DNA from: an uncultured Bacteroidales bacterium
Lineage (GTDB): Bacteria; Bacteroidota; Bacteroidia; Bacteroidales; UBA10428
DNA: 64,000 nt
Reading direction: 5' to 3'
Assembly: GCA_963808745.1 (NCBI GenBank)
Contig: CAWEGX010000005.1
Location: forward strand, 709,582-773,581
Position numbers and translations under genes: made by a program
Part shown: one piece after another, positions 50,634 through 62,699 of the stretch
Numbering within the stretch: position 1 is the first letter of the stretch
How the letters are laid out: every line of letters begins with the position of its first letter
The notes under the pieces: generated by a model
The model's input: only the letters and a program-made list of their open reading frames with translations
What the model was told of the DNA's origin: nothing
Database searches by the model: none

Positions 50634-52472
50634 ATGGCAGAAAAGCCCCATATTCAGGAAAAAGTCAATAAATTACCGGGGAAACCGGGCGTTTATCAAT
50701 TTATAAACGCCTCGGGCGATCTTATTTACATTGGGAAAGCCAAAAATCTTAAGAAACGGGTAACCTCTTATTTTACCCAATCGGAACAGCACTCCTATAA
50801 GCATGATGCACTGGTAAGGCAAATTCACGACATCCAATATATCCTTGTGGATGACGAATCAGACGCGTTATTACTCGAAAATAACCTTATTAAGGAAAAT
50901 CTTCCCAAGTATAACATCATGTTAAAGGATGACAAAACCTATCCATGGATTGTCATTACAAATGAACGATTTCCCCGGGTTATGCTAACCCGGAATTACA
51001 TACTGGATGGCTCAATTTATTTTGGACCTTATACCTCAGTGGTGATGGTCCGTACCATGCTGGATCTGATTCGTCAACTTTTTAAACTTAGAACATGTAA
51101 ATTATCCTCTAACCGTTGAAAACATTGAAAAGGGAAAATTTCAGCATTGCCTCGAGTTTGATTTGGGAAACTGTCTTGCACCATGTGAAAATCGCCAGAC
51201 CGAAGAAAATTACATGGCTGCAATTGGTCAAATTAAGGAAATACTGAGAGGAAATTATCAGCAAGTTATTCTTCAATTAAAGGAAGCCATGAGCAATTAT
51301 GCCAGGTTATATCAATTTGAACAGGCGGATATTGTTCGGTTAAAAATCGAAACCCTTGAAAAATATAAGGGAAGATCAACCATAGTCAATCCAAAGATCA
51401 GCAATGTGGATGTGTTTAGTATATTGGATGAGGATAGCCATGCCTATGTAAATTTTATGAAAATAGTAAATGGAGCCATTGTGCAATCTCACAATGTGGA
51501 GGTAGTGAAAAGAATTGCTGAGGTAAAGGAAGAAATCTTGTCCTTTGTTATTTTCGATCTAAGGGCACGTTTCAATAGTGACGCCAGGGAAGTGATCGTG
51601 CAGGTATTACCTGATGTTGGTCAGCCGGGAGTATACTTTACAATTCCCAAACAAGGAGATAAGCGAAAATTGCTGGAATTGTCGGAAAGAAATGCGCTTT
51701 CATACAAAAAGGACAGGGAGCTTGCCAGGGAAGCTTTGAGCCGTCCGGACCCATCCACAGCGATTTTACTTGATTTAAAAAGAGATTTAAGGCTTAAAAC
51801 GTTCCTGTGAGAATTGAATGTTTTGATAATTCAAATATTCAGGGCACAAATCCGGTTGCCTCCTGTGTGGTTTTTGAATCCGGAAAACCAAGAAAGTCTG
51901 ACTACCGGCATTATAATATTAAAACTGTGGAAGGTCCGAATGATTTCGCCAGTATGGAAGAAGTTATTTACCGGCGCTACTCCCGGGTGATCCAGGAAGA
52001 GGGCAGATTGCCGGATCTTATCATAATAGATGGAGGAAAGGGGCAGTTATCTGCGGCACTTGCAAGCCTGGACAAACTGGGTTTACGGGAAAAGTAGCAA
52101 TTGTTGGTATTGCAAAGCGACTTGAAGAGATTTATGTCCCGGGTGATTCTGTACCCTTATACCTTGATAAAAATGCACGCTCATTAAGGTTAATACAGCA
52201 ACTCAGAAATGAAGCTCACCGTTTTGGTATTACTTTTCATCGCAAAAAGAGGGAGACTGCGCTATTTGAATCGGAATTGGATGTTATTCCCGGTATTGGT
52301 CCGGTGACCAGGGAAAAAATTCAGTTAAAAGTAAAGGATTTGCAATTGCTCAGTTCGATGAGCATTCGGAGAGATTGCTTCAATTACCGGAATGAAAGCC
52401 GCAAAAATACTGTTTGATCATTTCCATAAGAAGACATTATCGGAAAATGATGGCATAGATTCCAGTAATTGA
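50634..52472 (+). pseudogene. uvrC: excinuclease ABC subunit C, at least 5 frame breaks
   Basis: The GIY-YIG region (PGVYQFINASGDLIYIGKAKNLKKRV) is intact. Later parts ([47 protein letters not shown], ...ITGMKAAKILFDHF) each lie in different frames. Confidence 0.9.
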
Positions 52473-52495
52473 AGAAATAGGAGAGATAATGTACG

Positions 52496-52516
52496 AGATG
52501 GGTTTGAAACCCATCT
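52496..52516. terminator. hairpin between convergent uvrC and the polyprenyl synthase gene
   Basis: AGATGGGTTT g AAACCCATCT, with 10-nt complementary arms. No T-run. Confidence 0.45.
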
Positions 52517-52544
52517 GACATTACATTCGATGACCGGGATTTTT

Positions 52545-53518
52545 CTATTTATTCCGGTAGATAGTATATTTTACAAATTGTTGGAGAGAAAGGCTGATTT
52601 CATTTTCCGGATAACTTTTCAGTTTATGCATCGCAAGATCAGCATATTCAGTCATTTTACTGCTTGCATATTCAAGGCCCTGGTGTTTATTTATAAAGGT
52701 CCTGATCTCAGTCATTTTCTTATGGTCGTTGCCATTTGAATGCATAAGCCGGAGAATATGTTTTTTCTCGGAAGAATCCGCTTTTTCCAGGCATAAATCA
52801 AGGGAAGGGTCAGTTTACTTTCCTGCAAATCATTTCCTGCAGGCTTACCGGTAACACTATTTATTTGATAATCAAGTAAATCATCCTTAATTTGGAAGGC
52901 AATTCCAAGCAATTCACCGAATTTTTTCATTTCAATAACCACATCGTCGGTCATTCCGACAGATTTTGCCCCACAGGAGCTGCAGCAGGATATAAGCGTA
53001 GCTGTTTTCTTACGGATGATTTCAAAATACTCATCCTGTGAAACATTCAGTTTGCGCGAATTCCGGATCTGCATCAATTCTCCTTCGCTCATTTCCTTTA
53101 CCGCATCAGCTACAAGGTTAAGCAATTCATATTCTTTGTTTTGAATGGCCAGCAATAATCCTTTAGCCAGTAAATAATCACCCAGGAGAACGGCTACCTT
53201 CGATTTCCAGATTGCGTTTATGGAGAAGAATCCGCGTCTTTCAAACGATTCATCTACAACGTCGTCATGCACCAGTGTGGCGGTATGCAGCATTTCGATC
53301 AGTGCTGCGGCTGTATATGTGGAAGAATTGGGTTCACCCACCAATCTGGCAACCAGGAAAACAAGGATGGGGCGCATCTGCTTTCCCTTGCGCCGCAGCA
53401 GATAATTTATCACCAGGTTCAGCAGCGGAACCTTGGTTTTCATCACTTCACGGAAATAGGTTTCGAAATGCTTTAATTCACTGGAAATGGGCTCTTTGAT
53501 CTGGTCGAGTTCTGACAT
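52545..53518 (-). pseudogene. polyprenyl (octaprenyl-type) diphosphate synthase, one frame break near 52740
   Basis: LVHDDVVDES (first DDxxD) and KDDLLDY (second). The C-terminal ~65 aa are in ORF 52545-52745. Confidence 0.85.
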
Positions 53519-53691
53519 TCTTGAATTATTTACATTCTCAAAATTAATAATAATCCGCTGGTATTTCCAGTTATTATGGAAGGATTGCTCCAGGATCGCA
53601 TTCCGGCAGGAAATATATTTTATGCAGCATGGAGATTCAGCACAATAACGACGGATAATAATTAAATTAGCAAACCCGCATTTGGATACGG

Positions 53692-53717
53692 ATATATTAA
53701 TATATTTGTATATTAAT
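53692..53717. promoter_or_regulatory. AT-rich palindromes overlapping a TATATTTG -7 box, candidate ArsR-family operator/promoter
   Basis: ATATATTAATATAT (53692-53705) is a perfect 14-bp palindrome. ATTAATATA-TTTG-TATATTAAT (53696-53717) is a 9-bp inverted repeat. TATATTTG at 53701-53708 lies 91 nt upstream of the arsR-family ATG. Confidence 0.35.
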
Positions 53718-53798
53718 GAAGCAATATTATCAAATTATTTGTATTTCAATCATGTGGCTTGATCATCAATCCGTTTGAGCCTATTAAAAAATAATAAA

Positions 53799-54095
53799 AT
53801 GAAATTTGAGGGATTAACAGCAGAGCAATTGGAGAAAGCAGCTAATATTTTAAAGGCTATTGCACATCCCATGCGCGTAGCAATTCTCGAATATCTTGAC
53901 GGGGGCAAACAACTGACTGTAACAGAAATTCATGAACACCTGAAAATTGAACAATCAACCACATCGCATCATCTTGGGATTTTAAAGGATAAAGGTGTAC
54001 TCGGCTCCAAGCGGGAGGGGAAGAATACTTACTATTATATAAAAAATGAGCATTTAAGCAATGTAATCGAATGCATAAACAAATGTGCATGCTGA
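53799..54095 (+). CDS. ArsR/SmtB-family transcriptional regulator
   Basis: LKAIAHPMRVAILEYL...LTVTEIHEHLKIEQSTTSHHLGILKDKGVL... Confidence 0.88.
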   Translation: MKFEGLTAEQLEKAANILKAIAHPMRVAILEYLDGGKQLTVTEIHEHLKIEQSTTSHHLGILKDKGVLGSKREGKNTYYYIKNEHLSNVIECINKCAC

Positions 54096-54118
54096 TGTTT
54101 GAAATCATTTATCATTTG

Positions 54119-54147
54119 CCGGTGGATTTACTCAACCGGTTTTTTTG
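54119..54147 (+). terminator. candidate rho-independent terminator
   Basis: CCGGT...ACCGG short stem followed by T7. Confidence 0.5.
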
Positions 54148-54166
54148 TCAGTAATTTTGTGATACC

Positions 54167-56918
54167 ATGAAACCCAGAATTTTTCTATTTGATGCTTATG
54201 CCTTGATTTACAGGGCATATTATGCTTTCATTAATCGTCCGATGATTAATTCAAAAGGCCAGAATACTTCAGCCATTTACGGTTTTACCAGTGCAATTTT
54301 TGATATTCTGAAAAAGGAAAATCCTGAATATCTGGCGGTAGCATTTGATGCACCTGCCCGCACATTTCGTACTGACCTTTATGAGGAATATAAGTCAAAC
54401 CGGCTGACAACGCCTGAAGAAATAAAAAAAGCCGTTCCCATTATAAAAGATATCCTGGCCGCTCTGAATATTCATGTTTATGAAGTCATTGGTTTTGAAG
54501 CTGACGACATTATCGGAACCATTGCCAGGAAAGCTGAAGCGAAAGGGTACATGGCTTTTATGGTAACACCCGATAAGGACTACACCCAGCTGGTCTCCGA
54601 AAATATCAACATTTATAAGCCGTCCAGTCTGGGCAAAGGATATGAAGTGGTAGGAGTGGATGAGGTTAAAACCAGATTTGGCATACAGGCTCCCAGGCAG
54701 GTAATTGATATACTTGCGCTTTGGGGTGATGCCTCGGATCATATTCCGGGCGCACCGGGAATAGGAGAGAAAACCGCTAAGGAATTAATTGCCAGGTACG
54801 GATCTCTCGAAGAAATATACAATCACATCAGTGAACTTAAGCCGAAACAACAGGAAAGCCTTGTGGCCAATAAGCCCCAGGTTCTGCTTTCGCAGGTGCT
54901 TGCCACCATCATAACCGATGTGCCGATTGAACTTGACGAGAAGCTTCTTAAAAGCAGTAAATGGGATGAAAAACGGTTGAGGGAAATTTTTACTGAACTG
55001 GAATTCAGAACCTTTATTGCTGTACTGAATGATGCACGTTCCAATCCGGTTCAGGGAAACCTGTTTGATGCAGCCACAACAACCGCTCAACCTGCGGAGG
55101 AAACCCATTCTTCTGCGGCAACCGTTCCGCATCAGTATAAACTGGTCCAGGAACCTCAGGAACTTGATGAATTGGTTAGGTTGCTGTACAACAGGAGGCT
55201 TTTTGTTTTGATTCTGAGACCACAGGATTGCAAACACGTGACGCACAATTAGTTGGACTTTCATTTCAGCTTCCACGATCATGAAGCATATTATATTCCG
55301 TTTACTGCAGATCAAAATGAGGCTGCCATTAAACTGGAAAAACTTAAGCCGGTATTCGGAAATCCATCCATAAAAAAAATCGGGCAAAATCTGAAATACG
55401 ATATCGAGGTTCTCATGAATTATAAGGTTACTGTTGAGGGGGAACTGTTTGATACTATGATCGCTCATTACCTTATTCAACCTGATCTCAGTCATAATAT
55501 GAATTATCTTGCAGAGGTTTATCTGAATTATAAGCCGATATCCATTGAAGAACTGATCGGGAAAAAGGGGAGCGGACAAATAAACATGCGGGACGTGGAA
55601 ATCAGCCTGATCAAGGAGTATGCAGCTGAAGATGCCGATATAACCTGGCAATTGTATCCGATTTTGGAAAAGGAACTTGACAGAATGGGCTTGCTGCCCC
55701 TGGCAGAAGCCATCGAGATGCCGCTGGTGAAGGTTCTGGCCGAATTGGAATATGCAGGTTTTAAAATCAGTGTGGATAACTTGAAAAGTTATGCTGCGCT
55801 GTTAAAAGAAGATATACATAACTGTGAGCAGATTATTTATGAGATGGCCGGAATATCGTTTAACATCAATTCACCCAGGCAGTTAGGTGAGATTCTGTTT
55901 GAACGGATGAAAATTTCTGAAGGTGCGCAAAAAACCAAAACAAAGCAATATTCAACCGGGGAGGAAATTCTGACAAAGCTGGTGGATAAACACCCGATAA
56001 TCTCTAAAATTTTAGATTACAGGGCAATGCAAAAGCTCCTGAACACCTATGTGGAGGCACTGCCGGGATTGATCGATCCAAGGACAAGCAAGATTCATAC
56101 TTCCTTTGAACAGGCCTGGGTGAGCACTGGCAGATTAAGTTCCAAAAACCCGAATCTGCAGAACATACCCATCCGGGATGAACGGGGCAAGGAAATCCGA
56201 AAAGCCTTTATTCCCAGTGATGATCGTCATATCTTACTTTCAGCTGACTATTCCCAGATTGAACTTGCGTCTGATGGCTCATTTAAGCGGTGATGCCAAT
56301 ATGATCCTGGCTTTCCGCAACCAGGAGGATATTCATACAGCCACAGCAGCCAAGATTTTCAAAGTGGAGGAAAAGGAGGTGACCTCATCGATGCGGTCAC
56401 GTGCCAAAACTGCCAATTTCGGAATTATTTATGGGATTTCAGCCTTCGGTTTATCTCAGCGGTTAAATATTTCCCGCACTGAAGCGGCAGATCTGATTAA
56501 AGGATATTTTGAGAGCTATCCAAAGGTTAAAGAATATATGGAAAATGCCATTCTCATGGCTAAGGAAAAAGGATACGTGGAAACCCTTCTGGGCAGAAGA
56601 CGGTTTTTACCGGATATTCTTTCCGCCAATGCAATTGTTAGGGGAGTGGCAGAACGAAATGCAATCAATGCTCCAATCCAGGGTTCTGCTGCGGATATTA
56701 TCAAGCAGGCCATGGTAAACATTCAGAAACGATTGCGGAAATATTCGGATTCCCATATGATCCTGCAGGTACATGATGAATTGATTTTTGACATTTTGGA
56801 TAAGGAGCTCGGAGAGATCAAAGATATAGTGCGATACGAAATGGAAAATGCCTTAAAGCTTACTGTTCCTTTGGTTGTAGATATTGGTACAGGAAATAAC
56901 TGGCTGGAAGCACATTAA
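54167..56918 (+). pseudogene. polA: DNA polymerase I, 2 frame breaks
   Basis: 5'-nuclease domain (54167-55252), 3'-5' exonuclease/thumb (55253-56293) and palm/fingers (56178-56918: ...RSRAKTANFGIIYG...QVHDELIF...) lie in three frames. Confidence 0.95.
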
Positions 56919-56932
56919 GTCGGGATAACCGG

Positions 56933-59754
56933 TCAGGCAAACCACTTCAGGAAAATATTGCGTATTGTATCAGCTTTTACGGGCTTAACAATGTAATCGT
57001 TCATTCCTGATGAAATGGCCTTCTGTTTGCTCTTGCCGCTGGCAGTGGCGGTCATGGCAACAACGGGCATCTGGTAACCCAGACCCCTGATTTCCACGGT
57101 GGCCTGAATACCATCCCGTTCCGGCATGATCAAGTCCATAAATATGATATCGTATTTCCCTTGCTTTGTCTTCTCAACTGCCTCAATTCCGTTCCTGGCA
57201 ATGTCGATTTTATACCCCAGGTGCCCAAATATCGTTTGGGCCACACGGATGTTGATCTCATTGTCCTCGGCCACGAGCACGGAAAGATCCGTTCTGACCT
57301 TTCTTACAGGTTCACGTGTAGATTTTTCCAAGAGCTGGGAAGGAATCATGAAGGCAGGAAAGAATTTCCTCCTGTTCAAACGGTTCAAGAATATAAAAAT
57401 CAACGCCATTTCGTTTCGACTGAAGGTAGTTCTCAACCTTATGATTGGAACTTAACATAAACATGAGATGTAATTCGCTTAACTTATCTTCCTTCAGTTT
57501 TTTTGTCAACTGAAGGCCATTCATTCCCGGTTCATCCATTATAAAAAGCGCATGATAATGGTTGCCGGGATCAGTAAGTTTTTTCTTCAGATCGGACTCT
57601 TTTTCAACACTGTACTCAAAAATTTCCGTTTTCATCCCTTCCTGCTCGAAAAAACGAAGCAGACGCTGCTTATTCTGAACTGTAAGGGTAATTATGAGCA
57701 CCTTCAATTGCGACATTTTTTGTACCTCTTCTGAATGAAGTGCCTTGATCAGCCTTTCGTTTGAATATACCTCAATCGTAAAGCTGAATTTTGAACCCGG
57801 GTAATTCGGACTTGTTGAAATTGTGGAGGGGCTTTCTGCCCAGATCTCTCCATGCATCAGGTTGACAAGTTGTTTGGAAATGGTAGTTCCAAGACCTGAG
57901 CCTCCGTATTTTCGGGAGGTGGATTCTTCAGCCTGCGTAAATGAATTGAAGATGCTTTCAATCTTGTTGCGGGGAATGCCAACTCCTGTATCTTCTACAT
58001 AAAAAAGCAGGGTGAGATTACTGTTGTATTCTTCTTCAAGTTGTATTCCAACCACGATCTGACCTTCGTGGGTGAATTTAACCGCATTGCTGATCAGATT
58101 GGATAAAACCTGCCTTAAGCGGAACGGATCACCGATTATATTTTCAGGCACATCAGGATTAGTTTTAACCTGAAGTGAAATGTTTTTCTCTTCAATAATG
58201 GGTCTGAAAAGATCAACAGATAATTTCACTTCTTCTCGCAATTTGAAAGGGATTTCCTCGAGCTGCATCTTACCAGCCTCGATTTTAGAGAAATCAAGAA
58301 TATCATCTATAAGGTTAAGCAAAAGATCGGCCGACCGTTTAACAATTTGAAGGTATTCCTTTTGTTCTGCATTCAGGTTTTCCTGGTCCATGGCTTCTGT
58401 CATGCCGATAATTCCGTTCATGGGAGTACGGATCTCATGGCTCATTTTGGCAAGAAATTCAGATTTGGCCGTGTTGGCGGCAGCCTCATATTTTCTTGCC
58501 TTTTCAATGGGCGTAATATCGGAAAACACACTTACAATATACTCCTTGTCGTCAAGATTAAAGGGAAGATCCTTCTTATATACCGCAACCTCTTCACCTT
58601 CATGTCTGTAAAGAACAAATTGATTTGAATCAAAGGCTGTTTCCGATCCCGGATCATAATAGTCACGTGACAACATGAAGCGATCTGTGAGATTTTTACC
58701 GGCAATGGGTTCATCTCCTTTTATCAGCAACATTTCCCTGGCAGCCTGGTTAACAAGCCGTGTGTTCTGTTCCGGGTCCAGCACCAGAATGCCTACGGGC
58801 AGTTTATCAAATATAGTTTGGAGATAAGCTAATTTTTCTGTTTTTTGGCTGCGTTTGGCAAAATCTTTCCCTCCTGAACGGAAGATGAGTATTAATAAAA
58901 AAATCAAAACGGCAGCATTCAATAAGCTCACTGCACAGGATGCGGGTAAAAAGCAATGAAAAAATAAATCCTTGTTGCATTGAAAAAAAGGCACCCATCC
59001 GGTGACCGAATGCATGGAGTGGAATAAAGGCGGAATATACTTTAATATTCTTATTATCAATTGAAATATTATGTTTAATGAAATCATTTGTTTCAGTCAA
59101 AATATCTTTTTTGATCACCGGCAGATGGGTATATTGAAGTTTCGACGGATTGTTGCTATACAGAAGATTTCCGTCTTCATCCACAACCCATTGAAAGAAA
59201 TAGCCATTATGGTAGTATTCGTTGAGTATACTGCTAAAATATTTAGGAAAGTCAAATGTAAAAACCAGGTTGGCTGCAAGCTGTTTTTTGCTAAATACGG
59301 GGAACCTGTACATGTATTCATTATCTGTTTTCTGCATCACGGAATTGGAAATTAATTCCGTTTGTTTTTGTGTCAGATAGGGATCAATAAGAAGGGTGTT
59401 TTTCTTGTTATATGAAAGGTTAAGAACATGTTGGTTACTGTCTTCAATTACAATGTTTTTAATAAGATCCCGGTAGTTGAAAAACAGCCTTTCAACCTCG
59501 GTGAGTCCGGCCTGTTTGATGTCTTCAGAACTGAAATCAATATTTATGAGTGAATTGGAATACAGGAGCGCGTTCACATCATTTTCGAATTTCAATAATG
59601 TTTTTTCAAGTTTATCAGCCGCCGATATAGCCTGACCGTTCAGAATGCTTCGTTGAAAAGCAATTTGTTTCCTGTAAATAGAGATATTCAGAAAAAAAGA
59701 AAATAAAATAGTGGCAACTACTATGAAAGTCAGATAAGAAATGGGTTTCTTCAT
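56933..59754 (-). pseudogene. hybrid sensor histidine kinase/response regulator, 2 frame breaks
   Basis: TM plus periplasmic sensor region (58807-59754). PAS, HisKA (FLAKMSHEIRTPMNGI), HATPase (NAVKFT, DTGVGI, GGSGLG) and a degenerate REC (57312-59087). A terminal REC (VLVAEDNEINIRV...FMDLIMPERDG...) lies at 56933-57436. Confidence 0.85.
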
Positions 59755-59839
59755 CGCTGTGAATTGAGTTAAGGACGAGTCAAAATAGGAAATAAATTCC
59801 AATTATTCAACGGCAAATCAGCCAATAATATGAACAGGG

Positions 59840-60832
59840 TTAGGCAATCCGGTATTTGCTTTCTTCGCCACTGATTAATTTAACATAACTACGGTAACGT
59901 GATTCATTCAATATTCCTTTTAAACAGGCATCTATAACAGCGCAACCCGGCTCATGTATATGAGTGCAATTATAAAACCTGCAATTGGCAGAAAGGTTAA
60001 AGATATCCGTAAAATATAATCCGATTTCATTCCTGTTGATATCCATTACACCAAAACCCCTGATACCCGGAGTATCAATAATAAAGCCGCCTGATGGAAG
60101 CTCAAGCATTTCAGGGTATGTGGTTGTATGTTTACCTGAGAGATGATAAGTGGATATAGGGGCTGTCTTGAGATTGAGACCAGGGCAAAGCAGGTTTATC
60201 AGGCTGGTTTTTCCAACTCCGGAATTTCCGGCAATGGCGGTATATTTTCCCTCCAGTTGATTGGAAAGTTCTGTGATATTCAATTGTTCTTCCACAGAAA
60301 TTTCAATGACCCTGTATCCTGCCAACTCATAAATCATTCTTATTTCGGCGCACCTTTCCATTTTTTCTGCCTGGTACAGGTCAATTTTATTGATAACTAA
60401 AATGGATGGGATGCGGTAGGCCTCAGCTGAAACCAGGAACCTGTCCACAAATTCAAGAGGGGTTTCAGGAGATTCAAGAGTGATCATTAGCAATACCTGG
60501 TCGATATTGGCAGCCATGATCTGTGTTTCTTTAGCCAGATTGGTTGCACGCCTGATAATATAATTTTTTCGCTCCAGGATCTTTGTAATAATTCCGGCAT
60601 GGGTACCTGACTTTTCATATATCACGGCATCACCCACAGCAATAGGATTGGTGGTTTTTATTCCCCGCATCCTGAAATTACCCTTGAGCCGGCAATTAAT
60701 GTGGCCGCTGTCATCTTTTACGGTGTGCCAGCTTCCAGTTGTTTTAATAACAATACCTTTGTTCACTGGATCACTTGAAAATTGTATTTTTGCAGATGCA
60801 AAAGTAGCTAAGAGATTTATATATTTAATCAT
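59840..60832 (-). CDS. rsgA: ribosome small subunit-dependent GTPase A
   Basis: OB-fold N-terminus, circularly permuted GTPase (NKIDL ... GNSGVGKTSLIN ... DTPG) and a C-terminal Cys cluster (CRFYNCTHIHEPGCAV). Confidence 0.88.
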   Translation of the reverse strand: MIKYINLLATFASAKIQFSSDPVNKGIVIKTTGSWHTVKDDSGHINCRLKGNFRMRGIKTTNPIAVGDAVIYEKSGTHAGIITKILERKNYIIRRATNLAKETQIMAANIDQVLLMITLESPETPLEFVDRFLVSAEAYRIPSILVINKIDLYQAEKMERCAEIRMIYELAGYRVIEISVEEQLNITELSNQLEGKYTAIAGNSGVGKTSLINLLCPGLNLKTAPISTYHLSGKHTTTYPEMLELPSGGFIIDTPGIRGFGVMDINRNEIGLYFTDIFNLSANCRFYNCTHIHEPGCAVIDACLKGILNESRYRSYVKLISGEESKYRIA

Positions 60833-60846
60833 TCCGGACAGATCAT

Positions 60847-61224
60847 ATGAAAACCATTAAACAGAAGCACATCATTTCTGCCACACCTGAAGAGGTATAT
60901 GCCGCCATTACCAATCCATTTACCATTGAATTATGGAGCGGCTATCCCGCAGTAATGGAAACCAGCGAGGGCTTTGAATTTTCAATTTTTGATGGTGACA
61001 TCATGGGAAAGAACATTAAACTGGTGGAAAACGAGCTGCTTGTGCAGGAATGGTATTTTGGCGAACGGGAAGAAAAATCCATTGTGACGATCGTCCTTGC
61101 CGCACATCCGCTGGGCACAAAAGTAAATATTGAACAAACGGAAGTTCCCGAAGAAGATCTGGCAGAACTGGAAGAAGGCTGGCGAACCTACTACTGGGGT
61201 GCAATTAAGGAATTCTTTAAATAG
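60847..61224 (+). CDS. SRPBCC/AHSA1-family small protein
   Basis: 125 aa with the ...ISATPEEVYAAITNPFTIELWSG... N-terminal signature. Confidence 0.75.
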   Translation: MKTIKQKHIISATPEEVYAAITNPFTIELWSGYPAVMETSEGFEFSIFDGDIMGKNIKLVENELLVQEWYFGEREEKSIVTIVLAAHPLGTKVNIEQTEVPEEDLAELEEGWRTYYWGAIKEFFK

Positions 61225-61226
61225 GA

Positions 61227-61373
61227 GCTGGATGCTGGATACTGGATGCTGGATAATGGATGCTGGATGCTGGATATTGAATAAGACATAGGGGATGCTG
61301 GTATCAGATACTGGTTTATCCGTACCAATATCCAAAATCCAGTATCGAATACCGATTACCGATTACCGAATAC
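61227..61373. repeat. heptanucleotide tandem-repeat element R3 (21 in-register heptamers)
   Basis: GCTGGAT GCTGGAT ACTGGAT GCTGGAT AATGGAT GCTGGAT GCTGGAT ATTGAAT AAGACAT AGGGGAT GCTGGTA TCAGATA CTGGTTT ATCCGTA CCAATAT CCAAAAT CCAGTAT CGAATAC CGATTAC CGATTAC CGAATAC. The ATG follows immediately at 61374. Confidence 0.85.
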
Positions 61374-62627
61374 ATGGAAACGCAACTAACCCGAAAGGAT
61401 ATTGACCTGATGGCCCCGGTGGGATCATTTGAATCACTCATGGCTGCTATACAGGGGAATGCAGATTCAGTATATTTCGGTCTTGGAAAGCTCAATATGC
61501 GGTCAAGGTCTTCCGTCAATTTCACGGGGAATGACCTGAAAAAAATTATGCGCATTTGCCGTCAGTTTCAGAAGAAGGCTTATCTAACGCTCAACATTAT
61601 CGTCTATGATAAAGAATTGGATGAAATGAAAAGGGCTGTTGACCTCGCCGCCGAAAATGGAATAGATGCCATTATTGCGGCTGATCAGGCAACTATCCAA
61701 TATGCACACCAACAGGGTGTGGAAGTACATTTGTCCACACAGGTAAATATAAGCAATGCTGAATCCCTTCGGTTCTATTCGGGTTTTGCCGAAGTAGCCG
61801 TTTTGGCCAGGGAACTAAATCTCGACCAGGTAGCCCGGATCGCAAAACAAATTGAATCGGAAAAAATTACGGGCCCGTCCGGAAATTTAATGCGGGTGGA
61901 GCTTTTTGCACATGGAGCCCTTTGCATGTCAGTTTCCGGGAAATGTTACCTGAGCCTGCATCAGCATAACCATTCGGCTAACCGTGGAGATTGCCTTCAG
62001 GACTGCCGAAGAAGTTATATTGTTACTGAAAAGGAGAGTGGAAATGAGTTGGAGATTGATAATGAGTTCATTCTATCACCAAAGGATTTATGCACTATCC
62101 ATTTCATTAACAAAATCCTGGATGCGGGTGTGCGTGTGCTGAAAATAGAGGGCCGGGCCCGTTCACCTGAATACGTTAAAGTAGTTACCTCGGTATATAA
62201 TGACGCCTTGAACAGCTATTTCGATGGCAGCTATAATCATGAAAAGATACTTCAATGGCAAAAGCGGCTGTCATCTGTCTTTAACCGGGGTTTCTGGGAT
62301 GGATATTACCTCGGGCAACGACTTGGGGAATGGAATGATGTTTACGGGTCACGGGCGACTTATACAAAATCATATGTGGCTAAGAGCCTTAATTATTTTG
62401 CCAAATCCGGCATCGGGGAGTTTTTATGTGAATCCGGCTCATTGAATATGGGCGACAGGATACTGATCATTGGCCCTTCAACTGGGGTAATAGAACAGGA
62501 AATACAGGAGTTGCGCGTTGATCTCAATCCAACCCGGGCAGCCCATGCAGGTGAAAAATTTTCAATGCCGGTTGATCGAAAGGTACGCCGGGCTGACAAG
62601 CTTTATAAACTGATTCCGAATAGTTAA
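61374..62627 (+). CDS. peptidase U32 family protein
   Basis: ELMAPVGSFESLMAAIQGNADSVYFG... and ELFAHGALCMSVSGKCYLS, the U32 signature region. Confidence 0.9.
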   Translation: METQLTRKDIDLMAPVGSFESLMAAIQGNADSVYFGLGKLNMRSRSSVNFTGNDLKKIMRICRQFQKKAYLTLNIIVYDKELDEMKRAVDLAAENGIDAIIAADQATIQYAHQQGVEVHLSTQVNISNAESLRFYSGFAEVAVLARELNLDQVARIAKQIESEKITGPSGNLMRVELFAHGALCMSVSGKCYLSLHQHNHSANRGDCLQDCRRSYIVTEKESGNELEIDNEFILSPKDLCTIHFINKILDAGVRVLKIEGRARSPEYVKVVTSVYNDALNSYFDGSYNHEKILQWQKRLSSVFNRGFWDGYYLGQRLGEWNDVYGSRATYTKSYVAKSLNYFAKSGIGEFLCESGSLNMGDRILIIGPSTGVIEQEIQELRVDLNPTRAAHAGEKFSMPVDRKVRRADKLYKLIPNS

Positions 62628-62699
62628 CGTGGCTTTTTTTGTCGGATTTGGAATATTTTTGTACATTCATCCTGCGTACAATCACAAATCCCTCTTTTC

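Noticed and set aside
54785-55651. A 288-aa ORF on the minus strand, one of the longest unassigned ORFs in the track
   Set aside because: It lies entirely antisense to polA, whose translation is unambiguous on the plus strand. Its sequence is low-complexity with no recognisable motifs, so it is a shadow ORF.
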